Below are positions 59,899-64,000 of a DNA stretch of 64,000 bases, in pieces. Under the pieces are notes generated by a model. That model saw nothing but the letters and a program-made list of their open reading frames with translations, was not told the origin of the DNA and did not search any database. The stretch covers positions 22,751 through 86,750 of IMG/VR virus record IMGVR_UViG_3300043411_002463; one strand, written 5' to 3'. How positions within the stretch are numbered: position 1 is the stretch's first letter; each line of letters begins with the position of its first letter. The translations under genes were made by a program, and so were the position numbers. This stretch comes from a virus.

Positions 59899-62031
59899 AT
59901 GAAATTTAATAGAGCTTATTCATTTGATGATTTATTATTAGTCCCAAAATATTCAGAAGTTGTTAGTCGTTCTTTAGTATCAACAGTAGTTGATTTAGGA
60001 AAAGGATTTATTTTTGATATTCCAATTATCTCATCTAACATGACTAATGTTACTGAAGTTGCCATGGCAGTGGCTTTAACTGAAGCTAAAGGATTAGCTA
60101 TTCTACATAGATTTTGTTCTATTGAAGAACAGGTTAGAATGTTTCAAGATTGTGTCTCTCAAAACATAAATGCTACAAAACATGTTGGAGCTTCTATTGG
60201 AGTTAAAGAAGAAGATAAAACAAGACTTGCTTATCTTGTTTCTGCTGGATGTAAAATTATTTGTATTGATGTTGCTCATGGTTATTCTAAAGTAGCATTA
60301 GATATGACTCGCTACGTTGCGGATAAATATCCAGAAGTTCTATTAATTTCCGGTAATGCTGCAGAAGGTCATGGGGCTGTAACAATTGCTCGTGCTGGAG
60401 CCGATGTAGTGAAGGTGGGTGTAGGTGGTGGTTGTTTTGCTGCTGGTACGAGAATATTAATGCACTCTGGTCAATATAAAAATATTGAAGATGTTATTCC
60501 TGGCGATAAAATAATAAATATGCATGGAAAGCCAGTAGAAGTAATAAATGCAGTATGTACGGGAAAAAAACAAGTACTTAAAGTCAAGTATAATACTGGA
60601 TTTGAAACTTTCGTTACAAAAGATCATTTATTTTTATTATCTTCTGTTGAACATAAAAAACAAAGACAAGATTATAAAAAATATTTGAATAACAATTTCG
60701 ATCCAAAATGGACAGAAATATCAGAGGGTGCAAATTGCATATCACTATTACCTTCAAAACTTGATTTATCATTAAATGAGACTTTTGAAATTTCTTTATA
60801 TAAAAGAAATTATATTGATAATGGTCAAGAAGATTACAGTCAAGTTTTAGATAAAAAACTAACACCATCATATGAACTTGGGTATGTGTTTGGAACTTTT
60901 TTGGGAGATGGTCATGCGTTTAATGCTAATTATAAAAATAGCAATATAGGTAGTGTGTTTTGGTATTTTTCATTAAACGAATTGGATAAAGTCGAAAAAT
61001 TAAAAAAATGCATATCTCAAATTACAGATAAAGAATTGACGTTTAAAAAACAAAAATCAATATATCATTGTAGATTATATTATAAACCTTTTGCTGATTT
61101 TCTAGCTTCTTTTGGTAAACGATATGAAAAACATTTACCAGAACAATTTTTAATTAAAGATTTAAACTATTTAAAAGGTTTGGCTGATGGTTTATTTGAT
61201 TCAGATGGACATACAGAATCATATGGAAGAAAAAGATTTTCTAATACATCTCAAAAATTAGTTGAATTAATGTTTATTATTAATTATTTAATAAATAATT
61301 CTTTTGGAAGTTTGAGTAATAAAAAAGCAACTGCAGGCAATTTAAAAAATTGCAATATAGATAATTGTAGAGATAGTTATGTTTTTGGGCTTGGTAATAA
61401 AAATTCTATTAAGAATATAGAGAATTATTCTTACTCAAAAATAACTTCTGTTGAAGATCTTGGGAAAGAAGATTTGGTTTATGATTTAGAGGTAGATTGT
61501 CCTTCTCATAGTTTTATTGCAAATAATGCTATAGTACACAATAGCATATGTACTACACGCATACAAACAGGTAATGGGGTGCCAATGTTAACTGCTATAG
61601 AATCAACCTTTCAAGCCCGCGAAAAAAGTGGTTTGAATTTTAAGATTGTTTCAGATGGTGGCGCTAAAAATTCAGGAGATATGGTTAAGGCATTAGCCAT
61701 AGGAGCTGATATGATGATGACAGGAAGTTTATTGGCTGGAACGCCAGAAGCACCTGGTGCAATTTATGAAATGAATGGAATTAAGTATAAAGAATATGCA
61801 GGCTCTAGCACTCATAAAGGAAATCACGTAGAAGGAGTTAAGGCGTTAGTTCCATTAAAGTCTCCAGTTGCAGAAGTGATACAGTCTTTAGTAGAGGGAA
61901 TTAGATCTGGATGTGCTTATCAAGGTGTTGATAATCTTGAAGATTTAAAAGTAAATCCAGAATTTATGGAAGTTTCATATTCAGGCTTTCAGAATGAAAG
62001 CAAGTCTCATTCGGTTAAAATAAGAGAATAA
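59899..62031 (+). CDS. GMP reductase / IMP dehydrogenase family protein (no CBS domains), intein-interrupted
   Basis: FDDLLLVP, SSNM, IDVAHG, KVGVGGG|SICTTR, SDGG, GDMVKALAIGAD. ATG at 59899 with AAGGA upstream. Confidence 0.88.
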   Translation: MKFNRAYSFDDLLLVPKYSEVVSRSLVSTVVDLGKGFIFDIPIISSNMTNVTEVAMAVALTEAKGLAILHRFCSIEEQVRMFQDCVSQNINATKHVGASIGVKEEDKTRLAYLVSAGCKIICIDVAHGYSKVALDMTRYVADKYPEVLLISGNAAEGHGAVTIARAGADVVKVGVGGGCFAAGTRILMHSGQYKNIEDVIPGDKIINMHGKPVEVINAVCTGKKQVLKVKYNTGFETFVTKDHLFLLSSVEHKKQRQDYKKYLNNNFDPKWTEISEGANCISLLPSKLDLSLNETFEISLYKRNYIDNGQEDYSQVLDKKLTPSYELGYVFGTFLGDGHAFNANYKNSNIGSVFWYFSLNELDKVEKLKKCISQITDKELTFKKQKSIYHCRLYYKPFADFLASFGKRYEKHLPEQFLIKDLNYLKGLADGLFDSDGHTESYGRKRFSNTSQKLVELMFIINYLINNSFGSLSNKKATAGNLKNCNIDNCRDSYVFGLGNKNSIKNIENYSYSKITSVEDLGKEDLVYDLEVDCPSHSFIANNAIVHNSICTTRIQTGNGVPMLTAIESTFQAREKSGLNFKIVSDGGAKNSGDMVKALAIGADMMMTGSLLAGTPEAPGAIYEMNGIKYKEYAGSSTHKGNHVEGVKALVPLKSPVAEVIQSLVEGIRSGCAYQGVDNLEDLKVNPEFMEVSYSGFQNESKSHSVKIRE
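60433..61542 (+). mobile_element. Intein (370 aa) with LAGLIDADG homing endonuclease
   Basis: Starts CFAAGTRI, has block B VTKDH, LAGLIDADG-like motifs FGTFLGDG and ADGLFDSDG, and ends VYDLEV...IVHN followed by a +1 Ser. Confidence 0.92.
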
Positions 62032-62035
62032 ATAA

Positions 62036-62197
62036 ATGTATTATTCAAAACAAATTTGTTATTGTAATAATTGTGGTGTTAAACTTGTAATTGAATTTAA
62101 TAAATTAATTGGAAAAACTTATAAAGTTTGTTCATTAGATTGTTTACATGAAATTGAATTAAAAGATGCCAAATCTAATTTGGGGACGGAAAAATGA
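62036..62197 (+). CDS. Small zinc-finger protein (53 aa, absent from the ORF track)
   Basis: MYYSKQICYCNNCG...KVCSLDCLHE...* has a CxxC...CSxxC (TRASH/MYM-like) pattern; ATGA overlap with the next gene. Confidence 0.6.
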   Translation: MYYSKQICYCNNCGVKLVIEFNKLIGKTYKVCSLDCLHEIELKDAKSNLGTEK

Positions 62198-63000
62198 ATA
62201 TCAAAGAAAGTAGGGAAAGATTCCATCAAGATGGGTTTTTAGTTATACCATCAGTTTTATCATCTACTGAGATAGAACAGTTAAAATTTGATTTAGATCA
62301 AAAATTAAAACAAAAAGATAGAGTTAAATCTAGAAAAATAATGAAGAGGATGTTTGAAACTTCAACTGCTAATCTAGAATTATTTTGGAAAGAACCGATA
62401 GTATCTTTTGCGGAGCAATTAATAGCAGATAATGGTTCTATAAGTGTTGATTCTTATAGCAAAGGAATACCCTCAGCTAATGAAACTCATGTTATTCACA
62501 ATAATTCATTTAAGATTTTGTCTGGGCAAGAAGGTTTAGGTGGTTCTGGTTGGCATCAAGATGATACTCCTCATTTAATTTCTTTAGATGGAAAACCATT
62601 AACTAATGTAAAATTGCCTGTATTGGCATTTACTTGCTTGTATTACTTAACTGATGTTTTAACTGTAGAGAATGGACCAACTCAAATTATTCCTGGCTCT
62701 CATTTATTTGGGAAACATTGTGATGGAAATATTACAGGTTTGGAAAATAAAATTGTTTCAGCGCTGGGTCCAGCGGGGACGGTTGTAATGTTTAATAATC
62801 AGGTTTGGCATCGCGGCAGCAAAAATCAATCTGATTTGACGAGGATTGTAACGCAGGTTACGTATGCAAAGCGACTTGTTGGTCACAAATATTCACCATT
62901 TATAAACTATCAATTGCCACAGCATGTTATTGCTCATGTGGGAGATGATAAAAGAAAGAAAAGATTAATTGGATTTTTAAGCGGTGGTGCTTACGGTTAA
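62194..63000 (+). CDS. PhyH-like Fe(II)/2-oxoglutarate dioxygenase
   Basis: FHQDGFLVIP, WHQD (HxD), ENGPT.IIPGSH, WHRG..N.S...R. Confidence 0.85.
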   Translation: MNIKESRERFHQDGFLVIPSVLSSTEIEQLKFDLDQKLKQKDRVKSRKIMKRMFETSTANLELFWKEPIVSFAEQLIADNGSISVDSYSKGIPSANETHVIHNNSFKILSGQEGLGGSGWHQDDTPHLISLDGKPLTNVKLPVLAFTCLYYLTDVLTVENGPTQIIPGSHLFGKHCDGNITGLENKIVSALGPAGTVVMFNNQVWHRGSKNQSDLTRIVTQVTYAKRLVGHKYSPFINYQLPQHVIAHVGDDKRKKRLIGFLSGGAYG

Positions 63001-63018
63001 TCTTCAAAGGAGTAAAAT

Positions 63019-63951
63019 ATGTCAAGATTAAATGATTTTAAATCAAAACATCCAGAAATTAATTGGGATGTATATTCTCAAGTAGATTTTTCTAAAACAA
63101 AAAAGTATTTAGGATTTATTGCAAATGCAGCTAAAGAAAACGCAAATCCTGAAGAAATAAAAGAATTGTTAGTTAAGTTTGAAAAACTATCGCCTTCTTT
63201 ACAAGAAAAGGATATTAATAAATATTCTTTTTCTTCTTTAAAAGAATCTTTAAAAGATAAAAAGTCAATTAAAGACAAAAAGATTGAAGGTTCTGAATTT
63301 ATTGGTAATTGTCATGGCTATGATTTTATTTTGCTAAAAACTTTTGATGCAGCTAAATATTATTCTGCTGGTACAAAGTGGTGCATCTCCAAAAAAAATG
63401 TTTTTAACAATTATTTGTATAATAATGATATTGTAGTTGTTGGTTTGAATAAACAAAATCCAAATTATAAAATTGCTTTTACTATTAATAAAAAAGGAAA
63501 TGTAGATTGTTTTTATAATGTAAAAGATCGTAGTTATTCAGTTAATGATTTAAAAGACAGCATTTTCTACATACCTTCTTTTATTGAAGATGTTAATGCA
63601 CTATGTGTTCAACCAGTTCTTAAATTCAAACAAGAAAATACTAAGTTTTGGAATGAAATTAAAAGAAATCCCGCAGAAAATTTAGATTTAATTATTAAAT
63701 TTGATTTGGTTAAAACGTTAATTGATAATGATTATTATTATCTTTTTTCTAATCGTAGTTTTTATCATACTTCAGATGTTAATTTTGATTTTTGTAAAAA
63801 CAAAAAAATGTTAGGTCTTTATGAAAAAATTATTTCAAATAGAAAAAAATACTCATGTTTTTTGAAAGGCAATATGCATTGGTACAATCTTGCTGTTAAA
63901 AAAGTAGAAAAAAGAAAAATTAGAAAAAGAAAAATTACAAGAAAAAAATAA
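63019..63951 (+). CDS. Hypothetical phage protein
   Basis: 310-aa ORF with SD AAGGAG, the segment AAKYYSAGTKWCIS and a very basic C-terminal tail. Confidence 0.55.
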   Translation: MSRLNDFKSKHPEINWDVYSQVDFSKTKKYLGFIANAAKENANPEEIKELLVKFEKLSPSLQEKDINKYSFSSLKESLKDKKSIKDKKIEGSEFIGNCHGYDFILLKTFDAAKYYSAGTKWCISKKNVFNNYLYNNDIVVVGLNKQNPNYKIAFTINKKGNVDCFYNVKDRSYSVNDLKDSIFYIPSFIEDVNALCVQPVLKFKQENTKFWNEIKRNPAENLDLIIKFDLVKTLIDNDYYYLFSNRSFYHTSDVNFDFCKNKKMLGLYEKIISNRKKYSCFLKGNMHWYNLAVKKVEKRKIRKRKITRKK

Positions 63952-64000
63952 TCTTTTAATTCAAAATAAAAAAGAATTAATTTCTTTAATTTTCAAAGAT

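Noticed and set aside
165-63278. Numerous 60-110 aa antisense or alternate-frame ORFs in the ORF track
   Set aside because: They lie within or across longer motif-bearing genes, lack RBS or recognisable motifs, and look like shadow ORFs.
1-64000. tRNA, rRNA or CRISPR arrays
   Set aside because: Intergenic gaps are short, and none shows a cloverleaf or repeat-spacer structure by eye.
1-64000. Active stop-codon reassignment
   Set aside because: Genes are full-length in code 11 and conserved enzymes are not fragmented; only the absence of TAG stops was seen.

Overview
An AT-rich, gene-dense segment that most likely comes from a large or jumbo tailed phage with a contractile tail. It carries about 62 CDS, all but two on the + strand, and reads cleanly in code 11. 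From left to right: (1) 1-21.2 kb, a baseplate/virion module (hub, spike, membrane-helix protein, gp25-like wedge, 1076-aa baseplate J-like protein, 2203-aa LamG-containing protein, dockerin-containing protein); (2) 21.2-37.2 kb, a 16-kb glycosylation cluster with about 9-10 glycosyltransferase-like genes plus Gmd, a perosamine-synthase-like aminotransferase, a sugar acetyltransferase and RmlB; (3) 37.2-45 kb, a nuclease, a tubulin/FtsZ-family GTPase, an SF2 helicase, a DnaC-like loader, DnaB and a sigma factor; (4) 45-64 kb, NrdBA, MetAP, a winged-HTH protein, a DnaQ-like exonuclease, a HAD hydrolase, an ATP-dependent ligase, Hsp20, an intein-containing GMP-reductase/IMPDH-family gene and a 2OG-Fe(II) dioxygenase. 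The most unusual signals are a recurrent Asp-Gly-Tyr (DGY) motif seen only in virion proteins upstream of the glycosyltransferase cluster (a candidate virion glycosylation system), a virion dockerin, a tubulin embedded in the replication operon, no TAG stop codons at all, and two candidate promoter motif classes. All product calls come from motif recognition by eye; no database search was run.
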